This document shows, one piece after another, positions 27,220 through 37,186 of a DNA stretch of 64,000 nucleotides (position 1 is the stretch's first letter; each line of letters opens with the position of its first letter). The DNA lies in NCBI GenBank assembly GCA_964393405.1, contig CAYMTR010000003.1, positions 58,915-122,914 on the forward strand, given 5' to 3'. Below the pieces are notes generated by a model. The model did not search any database. It saw nothing but the letters and a program-made list of their open reading frames with translations, and was not told where the DNA came from. The position numbers were made by a program, and so were the translations under genes. The DNA is from an uncultured Prolixibacteraceae bacterium. GTDB lineage: Bacteria > Bacteroidota > Bacteroidia > Bacteroidales > Prolixibacteraceae.

Positions 27220-28860
27220 TCACCAAAATACATCATATAATATCTTTCCTCTTGCATCGTCAGGAGGAAGGATATCTATGAACTTACATATTGTTGGAAC
27301 AATATCTATCAGTTCAACCTGTTGAATTATGTTTCCGTGTTTAACCATTGACCCATAAAAAATAACAGGAGCCATGTTTTGAGTAGAGTAATCTGTTTCA
27401 TTAAACTTATGTACCGGCTGCCAACCCTCTTCAAGCAGAAGTAATACATCGCCTGACCTCTGAACACAATAGCTGTTTTCAAGAATCTTAAACCTTGGAT
27501 TATTGAGATTACCCTTTTCCAGCACCCCAGCCGGAACTGCAGCTTTAACACCTTCAAACTGATTTAAAAATAGTGCAACTTTATCTTGAATCTCTTCTAA
27601 CGATTTTTCTTTATCTTCAATAAGCTTGTGGTTCAGAAAGACTTGTTCTTCGTTGTACATTTGAATCCACTCGGCTACACCATAGGTGGCATTTAGATAA
27701 GCCCTCAAAAGTGCCATTGCTATCTGAGGTGAAAACTCTCCTGCTTTGAAATTAAATTTCTCCTTTAATACATCTGAAGGATAATTACTTGTCGAAGCAG
27801 CTGTTAGGAATACCAGATAATTGTCCTTGCCGAATTTTTTATCTAGAAATGTTAAAAGTGAAGCTATTTCCTGGTCAAGATATAAATAACTATCATGTAT
27901 TTCAACTGAAGAGGGACTGAACCATTTGTTGGCAAAATCCATTGAGGAAAAAGTAATATTCAGTAGGTCGGGAAATTCATCTTCTCCCAGAGTGAAATTG
28001 TCAATCATCTGAACGGCAAAATCCTTTATAAGTCGGTTTCCATAAGGTGTTGCAGGCAGGATCTCATAACACGATTCAAGATTTGAACATAAGTTTGTGA
28101 GATTATAAGGAAAGGTTCTGAATTTTTTGAAGAAACCTTTCTCAAGTGAAAAATCATCAGGAAATCCAGACTTGTAGCTGCCTGAAGGAAGTAATAAATC
28201 CCATTCCTTCTGAAGATACATGTCGGGCATTTTCTTTTCATTAAATAGCCTCACCCATTCAGGGAAAATATTCATGTAATAAGATGAAGTAATAATATTG
28301 CCGTTAGAATTGTCGTACCAAAATGCTCCATCTGCTGCATGTCCGGCACTTAATACTGCAGCATTCGGATTTAAAGCTATTGAATAAACTTTTGATTTGA
28401 AGTTGGTATTTTCTTTCAATGCATCACCAAGAGTGAATGTTTTCAACATATTAGCAGAGACGTTTCCTTTTTTTGAGTCGCTTCCCATTGTAAGATAGAA
28501 ATCATCATTAGTGCAGTGTATCGTCTGTTGCTTCAGATGTTTATACCACTGATCTCCAATTATTCCATGTTCAGATGGATAGGTTCCTGTATATATTGTT
28601 GAAATAACAGTTGACGTTTTGATGTTGTGGATATCAATTATTGCAGTTTTAGCAATTGCACCATTTTCTGCTAGTCGTCTAAAACCGCCCTTTTGATAGG
28701 TGTCCCAAAACTTTGTAATATACTCAGATCTGAAATGATCAATAGTAATTCCTATAACTAATTTAGGCTTGTTTTCGAATAAGGCATATTCCTGCTGGGC
28801 TGATAAACCAAAAGAAATAAGAAGTAATGCAAAGAATGAAAATATATATTTTTTTATCAT
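27220..28860 (-). CDS. Secreted alkaline-phosphatase-superfamily protein (type I phosphodiesterase/nucleotide pyrophosphatase-like)
   Basis: Signal peptide after ATG 28860 (MIKKYIFSFFALLLISFGLSAQQ). Motif TGTYPSEHGIIGDQWY. The track start at 28881 is TTG. Confidence 0.7.
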   Translation of the reverse strand: MIKKYIFSFFALLLISFGLSAQQEYALFENKPKLVIGITIDHFRSEYITKFWDTYQKGGFRRLAENGAIAKTAIIDIHNIKTSTVISTIYTGTYPSEHGIIGDQWYKHLKQQTIHCTNDDFYLTMGSDSKKGNVSANMLKTFTLGDALKENTNFKSKVYSIALNPNAAVLSAGHAADGAFWYDNSNGNIITSSYYMNIFPEWVRLFNEKKMPDMYLQKEWDLLLPSGSYKSGFPDDFSLEKGFFKKFRTFPYNLTNLCSNLESCYEILPATPYGNRLIKDFAVQMIDNFTLGEDEFPDLLNITFSSMDFANKWFSPSSVEIHDSYLYLDQEIASLLTFLDKKFGKDNYLVFLTAASTSNYPSDVLKEKFNFKAGEFSPQIAMALLRAYLNATYGVAEWIQMYNEEQVFLNHKLIEDKEKSLEEIQDKVALFLNQFEGVKAAVPAGVLEKGNLNNPRFKILENSYCVQRSGDVLLLLEEGWQPVHKFNETDYSTQNMAPVIFYGSMVKHGNIIQQVELIDIVPTICKFIDILPPDDARGKILYDVFW

Positions 28861-28994
28861 ATGTCGGTTAATTCTTCTCAAATGTATAAAATTGAATTGT
28901 TAAACAATAATTTGTAATAATCAGTAATCGAAAATTAATATCTAAACTTTAAAAAACGATTAAAAGTGTACTAAAGTTGAAAAATTATTAATGC

Positions 28995-29143
28995 GGCAAC
29001 AGGCACAAAACCTACCACTGTTTACTGAGGTATTTCAATAGGGATTGATACGTACCACATTCGTACCACATTCGTCCTTTCTCCCTTAATAAAGGGAGAA
29101 AGGACGGTTCAGGTAGGTATGAGGTACAGTTTTGCTGTTGTCC
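28995..29143. repeat. GC-rich nested inverted-repeat element (candidate structured RNA or miniature repeat element)
   Basis: Perfect 15-bp hairpin CGTCCTTTCTCCCTT-aata-AAGGGAGAAAGGACG (29073-29106). Preceded by the tandem 11-mer CGTACCACATT x2 (29051-29072). Enclosed by imperfect outer arms 28995-29016 and 29112-29143. Confidence 0.55.
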
Positions 29144-29441
29144 TGATTAATAGTTGAGCCTTACTGATATTGATATTTACGCTATAGAACGATCAATGGG
29201 AAAAGCATATCGCGAAATTTTATCATACTAAATTAAGTTTACAGCTTCTATTTATTTAATAAGAGTTATTATCAGGTCAATAAACATTGAAAAAAGCACT
29301 AATATGGTTGGGAGAAAGGAAATTATTTATATTTTTGCGCCTCTTGATTTGCAGAATCCATGTAAACGATTTTTTACCGGTCGATTGCGCGAATCAGAAG
29401 TAGATAAAAAAAATTAATAAATTAAAAGTAAAGGTAAATTT

Positions 29442-29792
29442 ATGTTGAACCAGTATGAAAGTGTATTCATCGTAACACCTGTATTGTCAGATGCACAATT
29501 TAGGGAAGTGGTGAATAAATTCAACGGATTAGTAACTGCCAATGGTGGTGAAATTCTAAATGATGAAGATTGGGGGCTAAAAAAATTGGCTTACCCAATT
29601 CAGAAAAAAACTACAGGTTTCTATCATCTTGTAGAATTCAAAGCAGAACCATCTTTTATTGAAAAATTAGAAATTGATTTTCGTCGTGATGAACGCATTA
29701 TCCGTTTTCTAACATTCAGATTAGATAAGCATGCTGTTGAATACAGCGAAAAACGTAGAAATAAAGTTAAAGCTAAAGTAGAGGAGAAATAA
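29442..29792 (+). CDS. rpsF: 30S ribosomal protein S6
   Basis: 116 aa, N-terminus [13 protein letters not shown], followed by rpsR and rplI. Confidence 0.97.
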   Translation: MLNQYESVFIVTPVLSDAQFREVVNKFNGLVTANGGEILNDEDWGLKKLAYPIQKKTTGFYHLVEFKAEPSFIEKLEIDFRRDERIIRFLTFRLDKHAVEYSEKRRNKVKAKVEEK

Positions 29793-29795
29793 GTT

Positions 29796-30065
29796 ATGGC
29801 ATCAAATCAATCAGAAATCAGATACTTAACTCCACCATCGGTTGAGATTAAAAAGAAGAAATATTGCCGTTTCAAAAAGAACGGGATAAAGTTTGTTGAT
29901 TATAAGGATCCTGAGTTCCTTAAGAAATTTCTTAACGAGCAAGGTAAAATTTTACCTCGCAGAATCACAGGTACTTCATTGAAATATCAACGTAAAGTTT
30001 CACAAGCGGTTAAACGTGCTCGTCATATTGCTTTACTGCCTTATGTGACTGACTTAATGAAATAA
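29796..30065 (+). CDS. rpsR: 30S ribosomal protein S18
   Basis: 89 aa. Motifs KKYCRFKK and ILPRRITG. Confidence 0.97.
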   Translation: MASNQSEIRYLTPPSVEIKKKKYCRFKKNGIKFVDYKDPEFLKKFLNEQGKILPRRITGTSLKYQRKVSQAVKRARHIALLPYVTDLMK

Positions 30066-30080
30066 TAAGGAGGATACGAG

Positions 30081-30527
30081 ATGGAATTAATTCTTAAGCA
30101 AGATGTTCAGCGACTAGGTTCGAAAGATGACATCGTTAATGTGAAAGATGGTTACGGACGTAACTATCTCATTCCTCAGGGTTTTGCTATTGATGCAACA
30201 CCTTCTGCAAGGAAAGTTTTAGCAGAAAATATACGCCAGCGTGCTCATAAAGAAGCAAAACTTAAAGATGAAGCTTTAGCTTTAGCTGAAAAACTTAAAG
30301 GCATTAAAGTTGCAATTGGCGCTAAAACAAGCTCGACAGGCAAAATTTTTGGTTCTGTGAACAATATTCAACTTTCTGAAGCACTAAGTGCTCAAGGTGT
30401 TGAAATTGACCGCAAAAACATTACTATTCCTAAAGATGGAGTTAAAGAAGTTGGAGAACATTCAGCTAAAATTAAACTTCACCGCGAAGTGGTAATTGAA
30501 TTTGCTTTTACTGTTGTTTCAGAATAA
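30081..30527 (+). CDS. rplI: 50S ribosomal protein L9
   Basis: 148 aa. Motif MELILKQDVQRLGSKDDIVNVKDGYGRNYLIPQG. Confidence 0.97.
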   Translation: MELILKQDVQRLGSKDDIVNVKDGYGRNYLIPQGFAIDATPSARKVLAENIRQRAHKEAKLKDEALALAEKLKGIKVAIGAKTSSTGKIFGSVNNIQLSEALSAQGVEIDRKNITIPKDGVKEVGEHSAKIKLHREVVIEFAFTVVSE

Positions 30528-30547
30528 CAAATATTCAATGATATATA

Positions 30548-30579
30548 AAATAGACTGCCGGTAACGACAGTCTATTTTT
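30548..30579. terminator. Terminator after rplI (convergent with the RidA gene)
   Basis: TAGACTG...CAGTCTA stem with inner CG pairs, followed by TTTTT. Confidence 0.7.
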
Positions 30580-31021
30580 ATTTTACAGCAATAGTTTCAA
30601 TTTCAATTAAAGCTCCTTTGGGAAGATCTTTTACGGCAAAAGCAGCCCTGGCAGGTGGATCGACCTGATAATATTTAGCATAGACTTCATTCATAGCAGC
30701 AAAATTCGATATGTCGCTCAAAAGGCAAGTAGACTTGACCACATCTGAGTAACTGTATCCTGCGGCCTCTAAAATAGCTCCAATGTTTTTCATGACTTGT
30801 ACGGTTTGCTCCTTTATACCACCTTCAACAATAATCCCGGTTTTCGGGTCAAGTGGTATCTGACCTGAAATATACAAAGTGTTATTGATTTCAATTGCTT
30901 GACTATAAGGGCCTATAGCAGCCGGTGCATTCTCGGTTTTTATTACTCGTTTCATGTTATCACTGTTTTTCATTGAACAAAAGACAAACAAAATTAGCAG
31001 GAATATAATTAGTTGTTTCAT
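30578..31021 (-). CDS. ridA: RidA/YjgF-family reactive-intermediate deaminase, with a possible 22-aa hydrophobic N-terminal extension
   Basis: Motifs [11 protein letters not shown] and C-terminal IEIETIA. The canonical-length protein would start at ATG 30955 (MKRVIKTEN). The long form adds [16 protein letters not shown]. Confidence 0.85.
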   Translation of the reverse strand: MKQLIIFLLILFVFCSMKNSDNMKRVIKTENAPAAIGPYSQAIEINNTLYISGQIPLDPKTGIIVEGGIKEQTVQVMKNIGAILEAAGYSYSDVVKSTCLLSDISNFAAMNEVYAKYYQVDPPARAAFAVKDLPKGALIEIETIAVK

Positions 31022-31111
31022 GTAATATGTTTTTTTGGAGTTAAATCAAAAAATCAAATTATTTGAAAAGTAGTAAAATATTCTGATTCTTGTAATGTGA
31101 GATTATTTGAA

Positions 31112-33727
31112 TTAATAATTAGGGAAATCAGTACTTCTCTTTTCAATTCTAAGGTCTTTAAGCATGCTTGCGTTAGCTGACAGTGAGAAAGTGTAGTACT
31201 TGCTTACCCCGATTGGACAAAAGTTGAATGACATCGTCCAACAATGCAAATTTCGGGTGACAGTCATTGATGTGTGAGTTATCTTCATTGACTTAAAGTC
31301 AAACCCTGAATTAAATGTTGCTTTCCATTTATCAGTGAACTCAAGGTTGCCATTAAGGCCAATTGATTGTGATATCACGGGCTTACCATCGTAATTAGTA
31401 TAGTTGAAGCTATAATTCATGTTTATTCGCCAGGGCATTGAAAATTTGGAGTAAGAACTACTTTGAACGACTTTAGCTTTTTGGTCGACATCAGTTTCTT
31501 TATTATCTGGAGACTTTAATTTTTTCTCTAAATCACTTGAACTGAAACCGAACCCAAATCCTGTACTGAGGTTAGTTATCCTTCCTAATGAGAAACCTTC
31601 AGGTCTATTCCACATATATTCTTTTGTCTTCCTGCCCCTTTCATCAAGAGCATAAGGATCGAGTATGCCATTTATGTTGAGAACAGTACCAAGAACCTTT
31701 GTACGGGCATTAAGATTAATTACTGAAAGGTTCATTGAGTCAGCTGCGAGGTTGTAACTTCCACTGAAGCTTAGATTATCCAAAATGGGTATCTTTTTGA
31801 ATTTCTCGGTTGAAGTTGTGTCCTTATCATTTAAAACCTTCATTTCGATATTGTTGCTAAGTCCAAAACCAATAGAACCGCTTTCTCCGCGACCTGTAGA
31901 GCTGTATACTCCGTTTTCAAAAATATTGTATTGCGAAAGGTTGCCAATTGAGTCTACCTGAACCCATTTATAAAAACCAAATTTGCTTTGTCCAAAATCA
32001 GGACGATAGCTTAAGCTGATTGTTGGATCCATTTTATGGCGTATAGCAACAATTTTAGACTTGGGGTTTTTCATCTGATAAAAACCATAAATTGTTGTAT
32101 TAGCACCAATACCGGCAGAATATTCATAATTTCTTTTAAAGCCATCCTTTCTATTTTCCTCTATATGGCCGGGAATCCATTTTTCAGTTCCGGTTTCATT
32201 GTCCTGAACTGAGTATCCGTCGATCCAATACTTTTCAAGATAGTCGAAAAACCAACGTTCGCTATAATTTATTGATGGAGTAACATTGATGTATTCGAAG
32301 AGTTTAAATGAGGGTAAGGTTATTGGAATACTGTGACTTACGCCCTTCTTCCATTTAGATAAAGGAGTTGTGAGTAGTTCATATTCTTTTAGCGAAACAT
32401 AGTTTTTTGCAGTCATAGTATAAGAGAAGGAAATGTCTTCCCATGGTTGTTTTTTTCCGATCCTATTCTTCTTTTTAAAAGGTTGTATGCTTCTCATGCT
32501 GATGGTTAAATCAGGCAGAGATATAGAAAGTGTAGAATCTTTAGTGTTTTGGGAAATTCTCATATTTGCTGAAACACTAAAAGGAGTATTAAGAAAATCT
32601 TTTCTTAATGACACGCTAGAATTAGTACTGTTGTTAAGATATTTCTCAACATTTTCAAATTCATTCAGTTTGTCATAACCGCCAACTGAGAAATCAATAT
32701 TTGCAGAAAATTTGAAAGAAGGATTTGATTTTGTGTCTTGCGAATGACTCCAAACGACTTTGAATGCAGGAGATGTTTTTTGGTTGATACCTTTTTCTCC
32801 TGTGACCATGTAGGAGTAATTTAATCCAAAATTACCACCGAATTTATATCTAAGCTTATACCTGGTATTAAAATTGACAGTCCATCTTCCTTTTGAATAA
32901 ATATCGCCAGTGACCTTAACGTCAAAATAATCGGATGCGGCCCAGTAGAATCCTCCTTCTTTCATATAGAACCCATATTCCTTTTCTTCGCCGACTTTAG
33001 GGATTATAATACCAGAGCTGTAAGTAGTGTTGTTGGTTGGGATATAGCCATATGGCAGGAAAGGGACATAAAGAGGAAAATCTTCAATAACTAAATATGA
33101 GAGCCCTGCAATGATAGCTTTTTTGTTAATGATTTTTCCCTTAGTGATATGAAGATAAAAATGGGGATGTTCGGCATCGCAAGTTGAATATTTACCGTCG
33201 ACCATGCAAAATATGTCTTTAGTAACCATTTTGGCTTTTCCTCCACGAACTTTCCCATCTTGTTGTTCAGTTACAACATTTTCAACAAAACCTTTACTGG
33301 TAACGAAGTTATATCTAAGAGAAGAGCAATCAAATTCTTCATCACCCTCTTTAAAATGTGGCATACCCGAAACTGCACCTGTAGAGTCAGTTAAACCTTT
33401 GGCAAAAATTTCTTTAGTAGCAAGATTTACTGAAATAAAATCAGCAGTCAATTCAATAGAACCATATTTTATGTTGGCCTCTTTGTATAAATATACTATC
33501 TGTTGTCCGTTTTCAAAAGAGACAGCGATTGAATCTTTGGCGTCGTAAGAGATTGGAGATTCGAAAATCTGATTATTTTTCTTTACAGAATCGCTTTCAA
33601 TTATCTCTTGAGGCATAGAATTTGCCTTGTTTAAAGAGTCATTGACAGGTATTAAATCTTGACTGTACGACTTACAGAGAATACCTGCTAATAGAAATAG
33701 TGTAAATATGTATTTAAAATAATTCAA
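31112..33727 (-). CDS. Large outer-membrane beta-barrel protein, LptD-like (OstA-like N-terminus); TTG start
   Basis: 871 aa. Signal peptide, then an N-terminal region resembling the OstA/LptD jellyroll, then a long alternating beta-strand pattern with aromatic residues and a C-terminal aromatic residue. Assigned by resemblance only. Confidence 0.55.
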   Translation of the reverse strand: MNYFKYIFTLFLLAGILCKSYSQDLIPVNDSLNKANSMPQEIIESDSVKKNNQIFESPISYDAKDSIAVSFENGQQIVYLYKEANIKYGSIELTADFISVNLATKEIFAKGLTDSTGAVSGMPHFKEGDEEFDCSSLRYNFVTSKGFVENVVTEQQDGKVRGGKAKMVTKDIFCMVDGKYSTCDAEHPHFYLHITKGKIINKKAIIAGLSYLVIEDFPLYVPFLPYGYIPTNNTTYSSGIIIPKVGEEKEYGFYMKEGGFYWAASDYFDVKVTGDIYSKGRWTVNFNTRYKLRYKFGGNFGLNYSYMVTGEKGINQKTSPAFKVVWSHSQDTKSNPSFKFSANIDFSVGGYDKLNEFENVEKYLNNSTNSSVSLRKDFLNTPFSVSANMRISQNTKDSTLSISLPDLTISMRSIQPFKKKNRIGKKQPWEDISFSYTMTAKNYVSLKEYELLTTPLSKWKKGVSHSIPITLPSFKLFEYINVTPSINYSERWFFDYLEKYWIDGYSVQDNETGTEKWIPGHIEENRKDGFKRNYEYSAGIGANTTIYGFYQMKNPKSKIVAIRHKMDPTISLSYRPDFGQSKFGFYKWVQVDSIGNLSQYNIFENGVYSSTGRGESGSIGFGLSNNIEMKVLNDKDTTSTEKFKKIPILDNLSFSGSYNLAADSMNLSVINLNARTKVLGTVLNINGILDPYALDERGRKTKEYMWNRPEGFSLGRITNLSTGFGFGFSSSDLEKKLKSPDNKETDVDQKAKVVQSSSYSKFSMPWRINMNYSFNYTNYDGKPVISQSIGLNGNLEFTDKWKATFNSGFDFKSMKITHTSMTVTRNLHCWTMSFNFCPIGVSKYYTFSLSANASMLKDLRIEKRSTDFPNY

Positions 33728-33893
33728 ATTGAAAATTTAGTGGCTCAAAAATAGTTTAAAAAACTGTTCTGAATATATGAAAAACGAGGTTTTATATAAA
33801 CAGTTGGTTGCAATATTGACAATTTAGATTTTATTTTACAGTATTATTAGATTAACTTTAAACCAGACAGATTATTATTTAAAAAGTTATAAA

Positions 33894-35108
33894 ATGTTTA
33901 GAAAAAGAATTTGCTTATTCACTACTATAATAATGATTCTTGCTTACAGTGCAGCTTATTCACAAAAGGCTGATTATAAGTTTGACAGGGTTGTGATAGA
34001 TGCCGGTCATGGGGGTAAGGATCCGGGTGCCACCTTTGGGGGGATTTTTGAGAAAGATATAGTTTTAGATGTTGCATTGAAGACAGGCGATCTTATAAAA
34101 AAGAGATATCCTGAAGTAAAAGTTATTTATACCAGGGATAAAGACATTTATCTCTCTCCATTTGAACGACCTGTAATAGCGAATAAGCAAAATGCAGATA
34201 TGTTTATATCGATACATGTTAACTCCAGCAAAAAACAAGAGGTGACGGGAGCAGAAACATATTTTTTGGGGATGCATAAGACACAAGAGAATCTTGAAGT
34301 AGCCAAAAAAGAGAACTCGGTAATCTTATTGGATGACGATTATTCAACTAAATATGAAGGATTTGATCCTAATTCAGCAGAATCATATATAATATTTGAA
34401 TTGATGCAAAACGAATATTTGGATCAAAGTAGGACCTTTGCTGAAAAAGTACAAAAACATATTATTTCGAATACCGGGAGGCACGATAGGGGAGTCCGCC
34501 AAGCCGGTTTTATTGTTTTAAAGGCCTTAGCGATGCCCAGTGTTTTAATTGAATTAGGATTTTTAAGCAACAAGGGAGAGAGGAATTATTTGATTGCAGA
34601 AGATTCAAAGAATTTGATGGCACAGTCGATATTCAATGCTTTTTGTGAGTATAAACAACGTTTTGATGATAGAAATTCCGCGGCAGAGAAACCCAAAGAT
34701 AAAAAAGAAGATTCAAAAAAAGTAAAGACTGACGGGACCAATAAAGATACAGTCAAGAAAGAAGTTAAAAAAGAAACGATTGAAAGTAAAAGTGATAATA
34801 AGTCTGATTCAGTAAAAATTGTTGTTTCAGATACAACAATAATTGATGTTGATAAATTAGAGGGGAAATGGTTTGGCGTTCAGATTATGGCTTCAAAAGA
34901 CAGATACTTATCCAGCGATCCTATATTTCAAAACAAAGATTCGATATATTACTTATATGAAAATGGTTTTCATAAGTATTTTTCAGGGCTTAGCAAGAAT
35001 TCAAATACTACTTTAAATAGCAACAGTAAACTAAGGGAAATTTTTACCGGAGCCTTCCCTGTTGCTTTCATAAATGGGAAGAAAGTACCTTTTTCAGAAG
35101 CAAAGTAA
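33894..35108 (+). CDS. N-acetylmuramoyl-L-alanine amidase (Amidase_3) with Lys-rich linker and C-terminal SPOR-like domain
   Basis: 404 aa. Motifs VVIDAGHGGKDPGA, ISIHVNS and VLIELGFLSN. C-terminus WFGVQIMAS...FPVAFINGK. Confidence 0.88.
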   Translation: MFRKRICLFTTIIMILAYSAAYSQKADYKFDRVVIDAGHGGKDPGATFGGIFEKDIVLDVALKTGDLIKKRYPEVKVIYTRDKDIYLSPFERPVIANKQNADMFISIHVNSSKKQEVTGAETYFLGMHKTQENLEVAKKENSVILLDDDYSTKYEGFDPNSAESYIIFELMQNEYLDQSRTFAEKVQKHIISNTGRHDRGVRQAGFIVLKALAMPSVLIELGFLSNKGERNYLIAEDSKNLMAQSIFNAFCEYKQRFDDRNSAAEKPKDKKEDSKKVKTDGTNKDTVKKEVKKETIESKSDNKSDSVKIVVSDTTIIDVDKLEGKWFGVQIMASKDRYLSSDPIFQNKDSIYYLYENGFHKYFSGLSKNSNTTLNSNSKLREIFTGAFPVAFINGKKVPFSEAK

Positions 35109-35591
35109 TTTGGGAATTATGTTATTTTATTTTATAAAACACATAAGCATAGAACTAGTATATATATTTAGATTTCTTTTAGTGTGTAAAAAATTTTTAA
35201 AAAAGAGTTCAAAAGAGTTTTATTTAGACACGATTTTAAAGAGTAGAATTCGATTTTAGATTAGTTTTAATTGTAAAAATATTGTAAAAAAATTATTGCA
35301 TTAATGTTACTAGTTGTAAAAATAACAATCGATTACATTGATTTAGATAGAATTTTTTCAGAATACTTTTTATTGTTGATATTTAGAAGTAAGGGCTAAC
35401 TTTTTTTTCTAAATTATCATAATTTATTTTAGAAATTACGATGATTATTGAACATATTTATTTAGTATATTTAAGACCTTGCATATAAGAAACTTTGAAT
35501 ATAGTTGTTCATTGTAAAAGACTGTAATATAGTTAATTGAGATTTGTTTTTAATTTTAAGAATTTATTTTTTTGAAAAACAAGTATTTATG

Positions 35592-35638
35592 AATTATCTG
35601 AAAAAACAATTAAAAAAAGGTTTTTTTTTCAGATAATT
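35592..35638. repeat. Perfect 15-bp inverted repeat about 80 bp upstream of the dnaA start
   Basis: AATTATCTGAAAAAA (35592-35606) and TTTTTTCAGATAATT (35624-35638), separated by 17 nt. Confidence 0.6.
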
Positions 35639-35716
35639 TTTCACATTTTTGTATTCGTTATAATTAAACGACGCAACCTAAATTTCTAACTTAAATTTTT
35701 TAATAAACCGCCAATA

Positions 35717-37144
35717 ATGCCGAAGAATCACTATCAGATTTGGAATGATTGTCTCTTAATAATTAAAGATAATGTACAACCGACAAGTTTTAGAACTTGG
35801 TTTGAACCAATAAAGCCTCTGAAAATTGCGAATGACATTCTAACAATTCAGGTTCCTAGTCCATTTTTTTATGAGTATTTAGAAGAACAATATATAGATA
35901 TTCTTAGAAAGACTCTGAGAAAGGTTATTGGCAATAATGCAAAGCTTGAGTACAATGTAGTTATGAGCACTACTCAGCAAAAGAGTGGCTCCCTAACTGT
36001 TAATTATCCTGCAAATAATAATTCAAAATTAAATAACAGACCTATTTCATTTCCGTTTGGCGAAAATTCCGGAGTAATTAAGAACCCTTTTATAATCCCG
36101 GGTATTAAAAAACTACATATTGACCCGCAACTTAAAAAAGATAATACTTTCGATAATTTCATAGAAGGAGAATGTAACAGATTAGCTCGTAGTGCAGGTT
36201 ATGCAGTTGCTCAAAATCCGGGAGGGACATCTTTTAATCCTCTGATGATATATGGCGACAGTGGTTTGGGAAAAACTCATTTGGCCCATGCTATTGGAAT
36301 TGAAGTCAAAGAAAGATTTCCTGAGAAAGTAATACTTTACGTAACAGCTAATAAATTTGCATCTCAATATTCAGAAGCTTCAATTTCTAACACAAGAAAT
36401 GATTTTATGCATTTCTATCAAATGATTGATGTGTTAATTATTGATGATGTTCAAGAATTCTCGGGAAAAGAAAAATCCCAGGAAACATTTTTCCATATTT
36501 TCAACCATCTGCACCAATCAGGGAAGCAGTTAATTCTTACTTCAGACAAAGCTCCTACAGAAATAAGCGGAATTCAAGAAAGGCTTCTTTCCAGATTCAA
36601 ATGGGGACTAACTACTGATCTTCAGGTGCCTGATTATGAAACCCGCTTATCTATTTTAAAGAAAAAGACATATAAGGATGGTTTAACGATGCCTGAACAG
36701 GTTCTTGAATATATTGCACAGAATATATACACAAATGTCAGGGAACTTGAAGGAGCTTTAATATCATTACTTGCACAGTCGACCTTGAATAAAAAAGCAA
36801 TAACCAAAGATTTGGCTGTTGAAATGATCAATAAGATTGTGAAGCAAAACAGGCATGAGATTACGATTGATTATATTCAAAAAATAGTTTGTGATTACTT
36901 CAGCTTACCAGTCGATTCTTTACAGTCGAATACAAGAAAAAGGGAAGTTGTTCAGGCCAGGCAGATTGCTATGTTCTTTTCAAAAAGTCTTACAAAATCA
37001 TCACTGGCTTCAATTGGATCACAAATTGGACAAAAAGACCATGCAACAGTTTTACATGCCTGTAAGACAGTAAATAATTTGATAGATACTGACAGACAAT
37101 TTAAAATTGATGTAGAAGAAATAGAAAAAAGGCTGAAGGTGTAA
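35717..37144 (+). CDS. dnaA: Chromosomal replication initiator protein DnaA
   Basis: 475 aa. Walker A GDSGLGKTHL, IIDDVQ, and a C-terminal DNA-binding domain (KDHATVLHA). Confidence 0.97.
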   Translation: MPKNHYQIWNDCLLIIKDNVQPTSFRTWFEPIKPLKIANDILTIQVPSPFFYEYLEEQYIDILRKTLRKVIGNNAKLEYNVVMSTTQQKSGSLTVNYPANNNSKLNNRPISFPFGENSGVIKNPFIIPGIKKLHIDPQLKKDNTFDNFIEGECNRLARSAGYAVAQNPGGTSFNPLMIYGDSGLGKTHLAHAIGIEVKERFPEKVILYVTANKFASQYSEASISNTRNDFMHFYQMIDVLIIDDVQEFSGKEKSQETFFHIFNHLHQSGKQLILTSDKAPTEISGIQERLLSRFKWGLTTDLQVPDYETRLSILKKKTYKDGLTMPEQVLEYIAQNIYTNVRELEGALISLLAQSTLNKKAITKDLAVEMINKIVKQNRHEITIDYIQKIVCDYFSLPVDSLQSNTRKREVVQARQIAMFFSKSLTKSSLASIGSQIGQKDHATVLHACKTVNNLIDTDRQFKIDVEEIEKRLKV

Positions 37145-37186
37145 ATCAAGGCTTAGGCAGGTCAATAGATCTGCTTTTTTTATTGT

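Noticed and set aside
28995-29143. Interpreting the GC-rich element as a tRNA, RNase P, SRP or tmRNA fragment.
   Set aside because: It has no T-loop (GGTTCGAATCC-like) and no cloverleaf. The RNase P GAGGAAAGUCC box and the SRP and tmRNA signatures are all absent.
35109-35716. Calling the dnaA upstream region oriC outright.
   Set aside because: No canonical DnaA boxes were seen by eye, and strand-skew evidence cannot be computed from a single window. It is reported only as an open question.
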